A stretch of 32,000 bases of DNA from positions 90,001 to 122,000 of the forward strand of contig NC_009927.1 of assembly GCF_000018105.1 (NCBI RefSeq), read 5' to 3'. The notes beneath the pieces were generated by a model, which was not told the origin of the DNA, did no database searches, and saw nothing but the letters and a program-made list of their open reading frames with translations. A program made the position numbers and the translations under genes. Shown here one piece after another: positions 8,744 through 18,582 of the stretch. Each line of letters opens with the position of its first letter. Position 1 is the first letter of the stretch. The DNA is from Acaryochloris marina MBIC11017. GTDB lineage: Bacteria; Cyanobacteriota; Cyanobacteriia; Thermosynechococcales; Thermosynechococcaceae.

Positions 8744-10771
8744 ATGGGGAATGACTTATCCAAGCGAGATTTGCTCGTTAGAAACAACTTTTCTCCTTCA
8801 AACGAAAAACTTATTAAGAGTGGTTATGTAGATCAAACACGCTTGCGTGAGGCGATTTATGAGAGTCGGCGGAAAGGTCGCTCTCTGTTGGCGATTCTCC
8901 AAAAAATGACGGGGAAGCCCCTCCCACCTCGGTTGCTTCGGCAGATCAAGCGTCAGCAACTCTTTGAGTTAAAAATCCTCTATGGCCTAGAGTGTCTGGA
9001 TCCTGAGCTTACTCAAGTTGACTTCGATGAAATTGATCGGCTGATTCGCACCGTTATTCCCCTCGACTACTGCCGTCGCTATCAGTTGTTACCACTTTCA
9101 CTCAATGAAGAAGAGGATCCGCCAGTTGTTCGGATCGGTATGGTCAATCCCGATCACCTCAGCGCCATTGATGATATTGGCTACTTATTGCGCTCCAATG
9201 GCATGACCTTCCAACGGGTCGTCCTGGATTTGGATACTTACCAAATGTTGATCGCCAAGTTTTTGGACGCTCAAGCCAAACGCCAAGCCACGATCCAAGA
9301 GAATTTGCCCGTTGAGTATGGGCTGGAAGATGATCTCGATCGCTTAGGCGGCATTGAAGATCTGGCCACCAATGATGCCGACACCAACTTAGATGAAGCA
9401 CTGCTAGACGAAAATGCAGCACCCATCATTTCTTTGGTCAATAAGATTTTAGCGAAGGCCTTGCAGAACCAGATTTCAGATATTCATATTGAACCGCAAG
9501 AAGAAAACCTGCGAGTTCGCTTTCGGAAAGACGGCCTCCTCCATAACGCCTTCCAACCTCTTCCACGGCGAATTACGCCTGCCCTGGTCTCTCGATTTAA
9601 AATCATTGCCAATTTAGATATTGCGGAACGGCGTCTGCCCCAGGATGGACGTATTCTTCGACTGTTTCAAGGACGTAAAGTTGACTTTCGTGTCAGCACC
9701 TTGCCGAGTCGCTATGGCGAGAAAGTGGTGTTGCGGATCTTAGACAACTCTTCCATGCAGCTGGGTCTCGACAATTTGATTGATGACCCAATGAGCCTGG
9801 AGTTGGTGAGGTCCATGGTCGATCGTCCTTTTGGTCTAATTTTAGTCACGGGTCCAACGGGTTCTGGTAAAACGACCACTTTGTATTCGGCTTTGACGGA
9901 ACGGAATACCCCCGAAGTTAATATCTGTACCGTTGAAGATCCGATTGAATATACGTTGCCAGGGATTACCCAGGTGCAGGTGCTGCGAGAAAAAGGCATG
10001 GACTTTGCCTCGATCCTGCGAGCCTTTCTGCGGCAAGACCCTGATGTCCTACTCGTGGGTGAGACACGGGACAAGGAAACCGCCAAAACTGCTATTGAAG
10101 CCGCGCTCACGGGGCACTTGGTGTTAACCACTTTGCACACGAATGATGCGGCTAGTGCCATTGTCCGCTTGGCTGAGATGGACGTAGAACCCTTTATGGT
10201 CTCCGCCTCCTTGCTAGGAGTCGTCGCTCAGCGACTGGTGCGACGTCTCTGTCCCGATTGCCGTATTCCCTATCGACCGTCCCAGGAGAGACTGGCGCAG
10301 TTTGGATTAGTGACGTCTGGGAAGACTGACATTACTTTCTATAAAGCCAATACATCTACCTCTGATGATATTCTGGCGACGGCTAACACTGAAGATGCCT
10401 GTCCCACCTGTTCAGGCATTGGCTACTTGGGGCGGTGCGGGGTCTATGAGGTGATGCAGGTGAGCGAAAAACTCAAGGCACTCATCACGGAAGGAGCCCC
10501 AACCGAGCACATTAAAGAAGTGGCCGTCGAAGAAGGAATGCAAACCCTATTGGCCTATAGCTTAAAGCTGGTTGAGAATGGTGAAACCTCTCTAGAGGAA
10601 GTTGAACGGGTCACTTTCTCAGATAGCGGCTTGAAAACAGAATTAAAGGCCAAACGCAAGACAGCCCTCAACTGCCACGTCTGTAATGCCGCGCTGTTAC
10701 CAGAGTGGTTGGATTGTCCCTACTGCCTCACCCCCCGATTTACTGAGCAGCATCCTGTGAATCAGCATTAA
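8744..10771 (+). CDS. pilB: Type IV pilus assembly ATPase PilB (GspE family)
   Basis: 675 aa. Walker A GPTGSGKTT, Asp box, Walker B LLVGETRD, His box TGHLVLTTLHTN, tetracysteine CPDC...CPTC, and T2SSE_N-like N-terminal region. Confidence 0.9.
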   Translation: MGNDLSKRDLLVRNNFSPSNEKLIKSGYVDQTRLREAIYESRRKGRSLLAILQKMTGKPLPPRLLRQIKRQQLFELKILYGLECLDPELTQVDFDEIDRLIRTVIPLDYCRRYQLLPLSLNEEEDPPVVRIGMVNPDHLSAIDDIGYLLRSNGMTFQRVVLDLDTYQMLIAKFLDAQAKRQATIQENLPVEYGLEDDLDRLGGIEDLATNDADTNLDEALLDENAAPIISLVNKILAKALQNQISDIHIEPQEENLRVRFRKDGLLHNAFQPLPRRITPALVSRFKIIANLDIAERRLPQDGRILRLFQGRKVDFRVSTLPSRYGEKVVLRILDNSSMQLGLDNLIDDPMSLELVRSMVDRPFGLILVTGPTGSGKTTTLYSALTERNTPEVNICTVEDPIEYTLPGITQVQVLREKGMDFASILRAFLRQDPDVLLVGETRDKETAKTAIEAALTGHLVLTTLHTNDAASAIVRLAEMDVEPFMVSASLLGVVAQRLVRRLCPDCRIPYRPSQERLAQFGLVTSGKTDITFYKANTSTSDDILATANTEDACPTCSGIGYLGRCGVYEVMQVSEKLKALITEGAPTEHIKEVAVEEGMQTLLAYSLKLVENGETSLEEVERVTFSDSGLKTELKAKRKTALNCHVCNAALLPEWLDCPYCLTPRFTEQHPVNQH

Positions 10772-11140
10772 GCCAGCCCGAGTTGCAGCCGCCTATATCA
10801 AGTTATGAACTGTGAGTTTGACCCATTTGCAATTTCTAACGGAACGCTCTCCACCAGGTATGGGTGGAGTTGCCCGCAGTACAGGGCGAATTGTAGCGTC
10901 TTTCCCATGTTGGAGGGACTGCCTCAGGTGTCTCCTTTTCATAACGGTTGGAGACACTATCTCTTTCTAGCTGGTTCTTTAGAAATTGAAGAAATCAGTG
11001 TCAATCCCATGCCTCTATAGCGTAGGGTGGTTCTTTTATAGCGATCCAATTTAATTCGTGAAAATATTTTGGAGTGAATCTACTGGTTAGCAAGGATTTG
11101 AGCCTCAGTATACTTAGAACAAATCAAACCAGATTGCTAT

Positions 11141-11461
11141 ATGTTAGAACTGACCACAATCAAGCAAACAGCCCTCGATTATCTCTTGTCCCATCTGGAA
11201 GTATTTCCAGAACATTGTCAATTGTTTGAGGTCGTTGGTGCAACTTGTTTTGATAATCACGAGTGGATGATCAACATTAGTGTAGTCGGTTTAGTTGGTA
11301 AATATTGGAATGTCTTTGTTGATGGCAACACGGGAAAAATTTCACAAGACTGCGAGTTTTATACAGATTGCCCAGACTTGAATAAGCCCCATCAATATGC
11401 CCATCTGCCAGACTATTTAAATCAACTGCTCGATCGCCAGACTGCAAAAGTTTCTAAGTAA
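11141..11461 (+). CDS. Hypothetical protein
   Basis: 106-aa ORF just upstream of priA with no recognised motif. NVFVDGNTGKI is faintly PepSY-like. Confidence 0.4.
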   Translation: MLELTTIKQTALDYLLSHLEVFPEHCQLFEVVGATCFDNHEWMINISVVGLVGKYWNVFVDGNTGKISQDCEFYTDCPDLNKPHQYAHLPDYLNQLLDRQTAKVSK

Positions 11462-11497
11462 ATGAAACACAAACAATAATCTCCTGGGTGCGCCAAT

Positions 11498-13046
11498 ATG
11501 TCGACACCAAAAGCTCTCCCTACAGTAACCCCTATATCCAAAGCGGCTTCTTTTGTTGAAGTCCTCGTTGATTGTCCTGGCACTGATAAGCTTTTTACTT
11601 ACCGTATTCCTTCTGATCTCAATATTTGCCCTGGGGATATTCTCAACGTTCCCTTTGGTGCACAACAAGTGGGGGCAATCGCCATGCGTTGCTTGTCGGA
11701 TCTTCCGCCAGAACTAACCACTACTAGAATTTTGAGTGTCGTGGATGTGGTCTGTCGTAATTTATTTCCACCGGGATATTGGCAGATTTTAGAAAAAGTC
11801 GCCGCCTACTATCAAACGTCGTTGATGGCCGTCATTCGAGTAGCCTTGCCACCGGGTTTGTTGCAGCGATCTCAACGCCGCATTCGTTTGCACACTTCCA
11901 TCAATTCCGTTGATGTCCACGGTTTAGGAACAGCTGCCCAAGACATTTTAACGCTCCTGCAACAAAGTCCAACCCAAGACTATACCTGGCAATACCTTCG
12001 TCGTCAGGTCAAAAAAGCCCAGGTCGGCTTAAGAGAGCTCCAACAGCGAGATCTGGTTAAAAGCTACCTCCAAACTCAAGCGCCAACCCAGCCTAAACAG
12101 CAACAGGCGGTCACCCTCACGACCCCCAACGTACCGGGCTTGACGAAGCGTCAACAGGAAATTCTGACCCTTCTCAAACATGAAGGTGGGGAGTTATGGG
12201 CACAAGATCTGTTGAGACTTGCCCATACGAGTAGCAGCACCCTCAAGAAATTAGCTAGTAAAGGCTGTATCACCCTGCAGCAACAGGAACGACTACGGTT
12301 GGAAACCTCTCCGATTCAGCCAGATCAACCTCAAATGCTAACCCCCGACCAAGCCAAGGTCCTGTCTCAACTTGATCGGCTGCAAGGTTACGCTGAGGTC
12401 TTACTGCATGGCGTCACGGGTTCCGGTAAAACAGAAGTCTATTTGCAGGCCATTACACCTGTTTTAGCTCGCCAGCAGTCGGTGATTGTCCTGGTGCCAG
12501 AAATTGGGCTTACGCCGCAACTGACGGATCGGTTTCGGTCTCGATTTGGCGATCGCATTCGGGTCTATCACAGTGCCCTTTCAGATGGAGAACGGTATGA
12601 TACCTGGCGGCAATTCCTCACTAGCACTCCCCAAGTCGTCATTGGCACCCGGTCAGCAATCTTCGCACCAGTAGCCAATATGGGACTGATCGTTCTAGAT
12701 GAAGAACATGATACCGGCTACAAACAGGATCAGCCAGCCCCTTGTTATCATGCTCGCACCGTTGCTCGGTGGCGCGCCCAACAGGAAGACTGTCCCCTTA
12801 TCCTCGGTTCAGCAACGCCTTGCCTAGAGAGTTGGTCCCAAACACGGCGATGTGAGCCTCATCTATCACAGAGCAAGGTTCATTACCTTCAACTCCCTCA
12901 GCGAGTCAATGCTCGCCCCATGCCCCCCATCGAAATAGTGGATATGCGCCTGGAGTTGGCCAATCGCAATCATTCCATCTTCAGTCGACTATTGAAAAAA
13001 CGCTTGCAAGAACTGCAGCAGAAGCATCAGCAAGGGCTATTATTTA
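11498..13046 (+). pseudogene. priA: Primosomal protein N' (PriA), 5' portion interrupted by an IS
   Basis: Helicase motifs LLHGVTGSGKTEVY (Walker A) and LDEEHD (DEAH-like). The reading frame runs into the IS left end and stops after 5 foreign codons (RLSGN*). Confidence 0.85.
13039..13046. repeat. Target-site duplication ATTATTTA (left)
   Basis: Identical 8-mer directly abuts both IS ends (13039..13046 and 14432..14439). Confidence 0.85.
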
Positions 13047-14431
13047 GGCTCTCCGGGAATTAGCGTGGTAGCCGCTAGATATAGTGTTTAGGTCACAGCG
13101 AATGTCTGATACCCATTGAGGTCAAGAGAAATCCTTTGGAAGAGTCTTTCAATATCGAAAATACCGTAGCATCGTCTTTTTAAGACTTTGACTCGGTTAT
13201 TAAATCCTTCCACAAAACCACTGGTCCACCCCTCCAGGAAATAGTTGGTCATCTCGTCCATCCAATTATTGATAGTGGTCAGAAAACAATCGAATTCCTT
13301 GATGTCACTCTTGAGTACTTGTTTACACCAAGCACGGATGGCACATTTAGCTCCGTGCTTGGTGTACCTGCCCTCAAATATCTGCGTGAGTTTCTCTCGG
13401 AGGTTGTACGCCTGTTTCAGTTGTGGAGAATAAGCAAACAATCGCTCAAGGAGTTGTTGCTCTGACTCTTTCAGATTCTCTGGTCGTTTTCTAAAAGGCC
13501 ACATCGCGCCTTTGATGCTGTCATACTCTTGCTTAGAGAGCTCTCGTCGTAGACGTTTGACCTCACGTTTACGAACCGTATCAGCACAATTACGATAGGC
13601 TTTGGTCACATGAAAGCGGTCAATGACAATTTTGGCTTGCGGCAATTGTTCTCGGACTGCACTGACAAATCCTTGGTACATGTCCGTACAGACGCGCTCA
13701 ATGGTTTGGCGTAAATCAATGGGAATCGATTGAAGGAAATTTGCCACTGTCTGCTGTTTACGGTCGGCTAGAACTGCCAATATATCCACCCCATCCGTCG
13801 TAGGAATCGTGATCAAAACCACAAAATCACGATGGCCTCGTTTGAGAGAAATCTCATCCATCCCCATAACTTTGAGGTCTGCATATTCGCTCCAGTCAAC
13901 TTGAGCGGCAATCCAACGATCAATGATTCCACTGACGATATCCTCACTAACGCCTAGTTTTCTGGCAACATCTGAGACCGTTGAATTGATCAAGATTCGC
14001 AGAAGCCAACGCTCATATGCTTTTGTATTGGGACTGCGAGGTTCGTGCCATTCTAAATGTTGAGTTGTTGTGGGATGGTCATCGCAATACTTGCATCGAT
14101 AACGCTTGGGCCGAATTTCTAAGTAAACGGGGACTTCAAATAATGGCAGGTGACGAATCCGAAAAGGCTGATCATGACAATGGAGGTCAGTAATCTCACG
14201 TCCGCATTGATGACAGGTTGTTCCTTGAAGCGTACTCTCAATCTTGATGAGCCAATCCCCTCTCTCAGTCTTCGATAGCTCTAGAACTCGAATATCAGGA
14301 AGGTTGAGCGGGATGCGAATTGAGTTATCCATTACGCCATTGCTCTGAAGTACTACCTCAGATCATTCCATAGGGATGAAAAAGGAAACACACTAAATGT
14401 AGGACTGCTACACGCTAATTCCCAGAGAGCC
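13047..14431 (-). mobile_element. ISL3-family insertion sequence (1385 bp)
   Basis: The left inverted repeat GGCTCTCCGGGAATTAGCGTGGTAGC (13047..13072) matches the reverse complement of the right end, GGCTCTCTGGGAATTAGCGTGTAGC (14407..14431). It has a single transposase ORF and an 8-bp direct repeat. Terminal GGCTCT is typical of ISL3. Confidence 0.9.
13088..14332 (-). CDS. ISL3 family transposase
   Basis: 414 aa. N-terminal zinc finger CHQCG...CKYC and the characteristic C-terminal WTSGFVEGFNNRVKVLKRRCYGIFD. Confidence 0.9.
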   Translation of the reverse strand: MDNSIRIPLNLPDIRVLELSKTERGDWLIKIESTLQGTTCHQCGREITDLHCHDQPFRIRHLPLFEVPVYLEIRPKRYRCKYCDDHPTTTQHLEWHEPRSPNTKAYERWLLRILINSTVSDVARKLGVSEDIVSGIIDRWIAAQVDWSEYADLKVMGMDEISLKRGHRDFVVLITIPTTDGVDILAVLADRKQQTVANFLQSIPIDLRQTIERVCTDMYQGFVSAVREQLPQAKIVIDRFHVTKAYRNCADTVRKREVKRLRRELSKQEYDSIKGAMWPFRKRPENLKESEQQLLERLFAYSPQLKQAYNLREKLTQIFEGRYTKHGAKCAIRAWCKQVLKSDIKEFDCFLTTINNWMDEMTNYFLEGWTSGFVEGFNNRVKVLKRRCYGIFDIERLFQRISLDLNGYQTFAVT

Positions 14432-14439
14432 ATTATTTA
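14432..14439. repeat. Target-site duplication ATTATTTA (right)
   Basis: See 13039..13046. Confidence 0.85.
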
Positions 14440-15383
14440 TGCCTCGTCGAGGCCATAGCACTTTTGTCTCTTGCCGCAGTTGTGGTTATGTCGCTGAATG
14501 TCCTCACTGCAGCATTTCTATGACCTACCACCATAGCCCTGATTCCCGTCAAACTCTGTTGCGATGCCATTATTGCAACTACACTCAGCCCCAACCGCAA
14601 GCTTGTCCTGTCTGCAAGTCCTCTTACTTCCGATTTTTTGGAAGTGGGACCCAGCGAGTCATGCAGGAATTAGACAAAACGTTTCCCGAATTGCGAGTGA
14701 TTCGCTTTGATAGTGACACCACTCGTCGGAAAGGAGCCCATCGTCAGCTTCTAAATCAGTTTGCCCGTGGCCAGGCAGACCTAATGGTTGGTACACAAAT
14801 GCTCACTAAAGGAATTGATTTACCCCAAGTTCAATTAATTGGCGTTTTGGCTGCAGATAGCTTACTCAATATTCCCGATTTTCGGGCCAGTGAACGCACC
14901 TTTCAGACCCTGCTACAAGTGGCAGGACGCGCAGGTCGTGGGGAGCATCCTGGCCAAGTAATCCTACAAACCTATGCTCCGGAACACCCCGTCATTCAGG
15001 CCGTTCAACAATATTCAATGAATACCTTTCTCATCAATGAACTCAAGCAGCGCCGGGAAGCCAATTATCCGCCCTTCCAACAACTAATCCTCCTACGCAT
15101 CAGTGGTCTCAATGAAACGATGGTTGAGAATACTGCCCTAGATATTGCCAATTACCTAAAGGCTTATATCCAATTACATCGCTATGAGGGCAGTATTCTC
15201 GGTCCTGCTCCCGCTAGTATTTTGAGAGTAGCCCGACGATATTATTGGCATGTGTTAGTTAAACGCCCCCAGGCTAAACTGGGCCAGTCTGAACACTGGC
15301 CGTTTCCCAGACAAGAATGCCAACAACGGTGTCCACAAAATTTACGTCTTCAAATTGATGTCGATCCTTTGAAGCTCCTCTAA
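14440..15383 (+). pseudogene. priA: PriA, 3' portion (Cys-rich zinc region and C-terminal domain)
   Basis: Removing 13047..14439 joins ...QQGLLF to MPRRGHSTFVSCRSCGYVAECPHCS... in frame, giving 2493 nt or 830 aa. The ATG at 14439 in the ORF track is recreated by the last base of the target duplication. Confidence 0.85.
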
Positions 15384-15425
15384 TCCCATCCATTCAGATC
15401 AATACAAAAGCGGGCTTAGTTCAAA

Positions 15426-15593
15426 TTATGAACTGCATCGACAACCCGTATGTCCACAACCCGAGCCTGAGGGATGTCCATCTGCACAGGCTTGGCCACA
15501 AAAATACTGACCGCCTTTTTGAATCGCATCACTAATCGTCACGATGCAAAGACAAGACTCGCAAGCACATTTCATTTGAGTAACGGTTGCCAT
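15426..15593 (-). CDS. smtA: SmtA/BmtA-type bacterial metallothionein (55 aa; below the ORF-track size cutoff)
   Basis: Manual translation: MATVTQMKCACESCLCIVTISDAIQKGGQYFCGQACADGHPSGSGCGHTGCRCSS. It matches the SmtA pattern KCACE.CLC....AI...G.Y.C..ACADGH..GS.GCGHTGC.C. Confidence 0.85.
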   Translation of the reverse strand: MATVTQMKCACESCLCIVTISDAIQKGGQYFCGQACADGHPSGSGCGHTGCRCSS

Positions 15594-15616
15594 TGCAAAC
15601 CTCCATAACTAAATAT

Positions 15617-15632
15617 ATGAACAATCATTCAT
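15617..15632. promoter_or_regulatory. Candidate SmtB operator ATGAA-CAATCA-TTCAT
   Basis: Inverted repeat with a TGAACA/ATTCA core in the smtA-smtB divergent spacer. It resembles the TGAA..TTCA repeats of smt/ArsR operators. A weaker second site, TGAATAACTGCTCA, is at 15651..15664. Confidence 0.4.
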
Positions 15633-15746
15633 GCTTCACAGCCTAACATATGAATAACTGCTCAAGTATTAAAATGTCATTAGTAATGTATGCAGAAAGC
15701 CATCTAGAGTTGATTATCTTAGGGTCAAGCCACCTTCAGTCATGTT

Positions 15747-16118
15747 ATGTCGCACTCTCACCTTGATATCAGCACTCATTCCTTGTCGGAGAAACCCCGG
15801 TCAGAGAAGCCGGTGGTCGATCAAATTTTGTCTTTTGAAAAGGCACAGCGGATGGCTGAATTTTTAGGCGTATTGAGCGACCCTAATCGTTGGAGAATCT
15901 TATCGGCTCTTGCCATTGAAGAAATGCGGGTGGGAGAGTTAGCGGCAGCAGTTGAGATGTCAGAATCAGCCGTGTCCCATCAACTGAGAGTCCTCAGGAA
16001 TACACGAATGGTTCGCCGCCGTAAATGTGGACGAACCGTGATTTACGGATTAAAAGACCACCATATTTTTAATCTTTACCGAGATGTCTCAGAACATTTG
16101 GACGAGGCGGACTATTGA
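15747..16118 (+). CDS. smtB: ArsR/SmtB family metal-sensing repressor
   Basis: 123 aa. LSDPNRWRIL, ESAVSHQLRVLRN HTH and the alpha5-type ligand pattern LKDHHIFNLYRDVSEHLDE resemble SmtB ([20 protein letters not shown]). Divergent from smtA. Confidence 0.85.
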   Translation: MSHSHLDISTHSLSEKPRSEKPVVDQILSFEKAQRMAEFLGVLSDPNRWRILSALAIEEMRVGELAAAVEMSESAVSHQLRVLRNTRMVRRRKCGRTVIYGLKDHHIFNLYRDVSEHLDEADY

Positions 16119-16310
16119 ACTTCGAGAACAATTGGGGTAGAACAAGGATTGCTTAAATGAAGGGTCATAGAATCCCAAACAACATCTTAAGGTCCTGTCC
16201 AATGTTTGTGTATTGACAGATTAGCCCCTTGAGAGCTTTACTCACTTCTCAAACAGCCTCTAAGTTGAGACTGACTTTCTGCCTGTAAAAAATCCGTGGA
16301 CTGCCATTTT

Positions 16311-18191
16311 TTAAGCTCGGGGCATACTTCTTGCTACGCTGTCTAGGTCTCCCTCTAAAAATTTGGATCTACAGGTAAATCGCTGAATCTTTCCACTAGA
16401 AGTTTTGGGGATACTACCGGGCTTGAGCAGCCAAAGGGCATGGATGTGCAAATCATGCTCTTTGGCAACCGCCCGACGAATTTGAGTGAGTATATCTTTT
16501 TCGACGGTAGTAGGTTCTGAATCGGCAGTTAAGGATGTGGGCGAGACAAAATCATTGAGCTGAGGAGGCTGAGAGGATGGCTTCTTACCGTTTTTCCGAT
16601 AGCGATTGATATAGTTTCTTTCCAGTTCTGCCACCACTATTAGCCGCTCTTCCCCCGCTTCAGTAATCGAAAATGCAGCGGCACAATTGGGGCGAATACC
16701 GGGATAGCTTTGAACCACAGTCCACTCAATATCCTGAGGATAATGATTACGGCCATTGACAATAATCACGTCCTTGAGGCGGCCGGTGACATAAAGTTCA
16801 GAGCCGACCAAAAAGCCATAGTCCCCTGTTCTTAAAAAGGGGCCTGCGCCTGTATCTGCCAAATGGGCCTGAAAGGTTTCCTCAGATACATCTGATTGTC
16901 CCCAATACCCTTGAGCAATACTTTCCCCAGACACCCAAATCTCGCCGACTTCTTCTGACGAGCATTGCTGCAGAGTTTCAGGATTAGCGATCACGATTTC
17001 TTGGTCTTGAAGGGAAGTGCCGCAGCCCACTAGGGTGCGGGCATTGACATCATTGGCCTGGGCCGAGACCACATGATGCTGTTCTAAGGCAGTCCCTTGG
17101 ACCGTTTTGAGGGCGGGTTGGGCATCCGGTTGGCCCCCGGCCACGATTAGAGTGGCTTCGGCAAGACCATAACAAGGAAAAAAGGCTTCTGACCGAAATC
17201 CATAAGGAGCAAATTTAGTGGCAAAGTCTTCAAGGGTCTGGGCACTGATGGGTTCTGCTCCATTAAAGGCCACCCGCCAGGAACTCAGATCCAGTCCTTG
17301 GAGCTGTTCCGGCTTTATTTTTCGCAAGCATAAATCATAGGCGAAATTGGGTCCGCCGCTGGTGGTTCCTTGATAGCGGGAAATGGCTTGGAGCCAGCGA
17401 ATGGGGCTCTGGAAAAACATAAATGGGGACATCAGAACCATGGGAAATCCCCCGTATAAAGGCTGCAAAATCCCGCCAATTAGACCCATATCATGGTAGG
17501 GCGGTAGCCAAATCACCGCTAGGCTCTGGGAACTATGCTCAAAGCATTGATGAATCAAGGATAAATTCTTTAAAAGATTGTGATGAGTAATCATCACCCC
17601 TTTGGGCGTTGCGGTTGAACCAGAGGTGTATTGAAGAAAGGCTAAATCTTGCCCCTGAGGATGAGTCTCTTGCCAGGCTTGGCGGGGTTCCGTAACGCTG
17701 AGGCTATCTGTTGCTAGCCACTTAAGCGCTCTCAATTCTGGAGTATCAATCAGCCGTCGCTCTAATTTCGACAGAATTTGAGAGGTGGTAAGGGCAAAAA
17801 TGGCTTGGGAATCCGCGATGACGCTCTGCAAACGCATCAAGGAGCGATTCGGGCGGGGGGGATAGATGGGAACTGCCGTAACGCCTGCATAGAGGCAGCC
17901 AAAGAAGGCAGCCACATACTCTAACCCAGGCTGATAGACCAATAGGGCTCGATCGCCGGGGTGGCAGGCTAACTGTAGTGCTGCTGCGATCGCACGGGCC
18001 TTGATATCCAACTCTGCATAGGTGAAATGGAGGGCTTCTTCCTCTCCATCAACCAGAAAGGTAATCCCCCTCCGATCCGGCTGGTAAGCAGCTCGATAAC
18101 GGAGCAAATCCACCAAACTTTCCACCTTCGGTGGATCCGATTCTTCGATCTTAGTGTCCCAATTTGTTGTTTTAGCCACGTTGTACTCCAT
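16311..18191 (-). CDS. Fatty acyl-AMP ligase / AMP-dependent synthetase
   Basis: The LQYTSGSTATPKGVMITHHNL AMP-binding motif, YGLAEATL, GDYGF and SSGKIQR fit a FAAL-like N-terminus and length. I chose the start at MEYNVAKT (complement 18189..18191); the ORF-track start at 18278 is also possible. Confidence 0.85.
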   Translation of the reverse strand: MEYNVAKTTNWDTKIEESDPPKVESLVDLLRYRAAYQPDRRGITFLVDGEEEALHFTYAELDIKARAIAAALQLACHPGDRALLVYQPGLEYVAAFFGCLYAGVTAVPIYPPRPNRSLMRLQSVIADSQAIFALTTSQILSKLERRLIDTPELRALKWLATDSLSVTEPRQAWQETHPQGQDLAFLQYTSGSTATPKGVMITHHNLLKNLSLIHQCFEHSSQSLAVIWLPPYHDMGLIGGILQPLYGGFPMVLMSPFMFFQSPIRWLQAISRYQGTTSGGPNFAYDLCLRKIKPEQLQGLDLSSWRVAFNGAEPISAQTLEDFATKFAPYGFRSEAFFPCYGLAEATLIVAGGQPDAQPALKTVQGTALEQHHVVSAQANDVNARTLVGCGTSLQDQEIVIANPETLQQCSSEEVGEIWVSGESIAQGYWGQSDVSEETFQAHLADTGAGPFLRTGDYGFLVGSELYVTGRLKDVIIVNGRNHYPQDIEWTVVQSYPGIRPNCAAAFSITEAGEERLIVVAELERNYINRYRKNGKKPSSQPPQLNDFVSPTSLTADSEPTTVEKDILTQIRRAVAKEHDLHIHALWLLKPGSIPKTSSGKIQRFTCRSKFLEGDLDSVARSMPRA

Positions 18192-18582
18192 CCTGAGCAA
18201 AGAATTATAGATTAGTTCTCGATTTGAACAGCCCTTATAGGCCCAAAACAACCAAAGCTGCAACTTACTGCCGATCAATCAACTGATTTCGGGTTTTATT
18301 TCATGGTTGAAATGTTCTGAAACCCATACCCTGCAGAGTATTTCATCGACATCAATTAAAATGACTCCAGTCTTTTAGTTTGACGTTTATTAGGAGTGCA
18401 GATGTCCCAAACCCAATCTAATCAATGATTTCCAACCTACGTGCCCCTAGAACAGTTCGAAACATTTGTCTTGTCCCACCTACACATCGTTAGGGAAGGA
18501 GTCGTAAGGGTCATGGGAAAATCCTCTTCGATGGGCAATCAACAGCAACACATATGGCAAAAGGAATGCCATGTCAGGAGCA

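Noticed and set aside
9712-10161. Long antisense or overlapping ORFs in the track, e.g. 9712..10161, 9159..9422, 1274..1525, 19391..19843, 23390..23669, 24144..24410, 25848..26099, 27566..27829, 13245..13433 and 18688..18999
   Set aside because: Each lies entirely inside a well-supported gene on the other strand or in another frame and has a low-complexity or atypical composition. I treated them as shadow ORFs.
10805-11020. 71-aa ORF downstream of pilB. Similar unsupported small ORFs are 398..595, 800..988, 2120..2311, 3158..3463, 6338..6613, 26670..26894, 26849..27058 and 30838..31125.
   Set aside because: They have no motifs, no ribosome-binding sites and overlap hairpins, operators or other genes. 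398..595 and 800..988 overlap the edge-open flavoprotein gene or its promoter.
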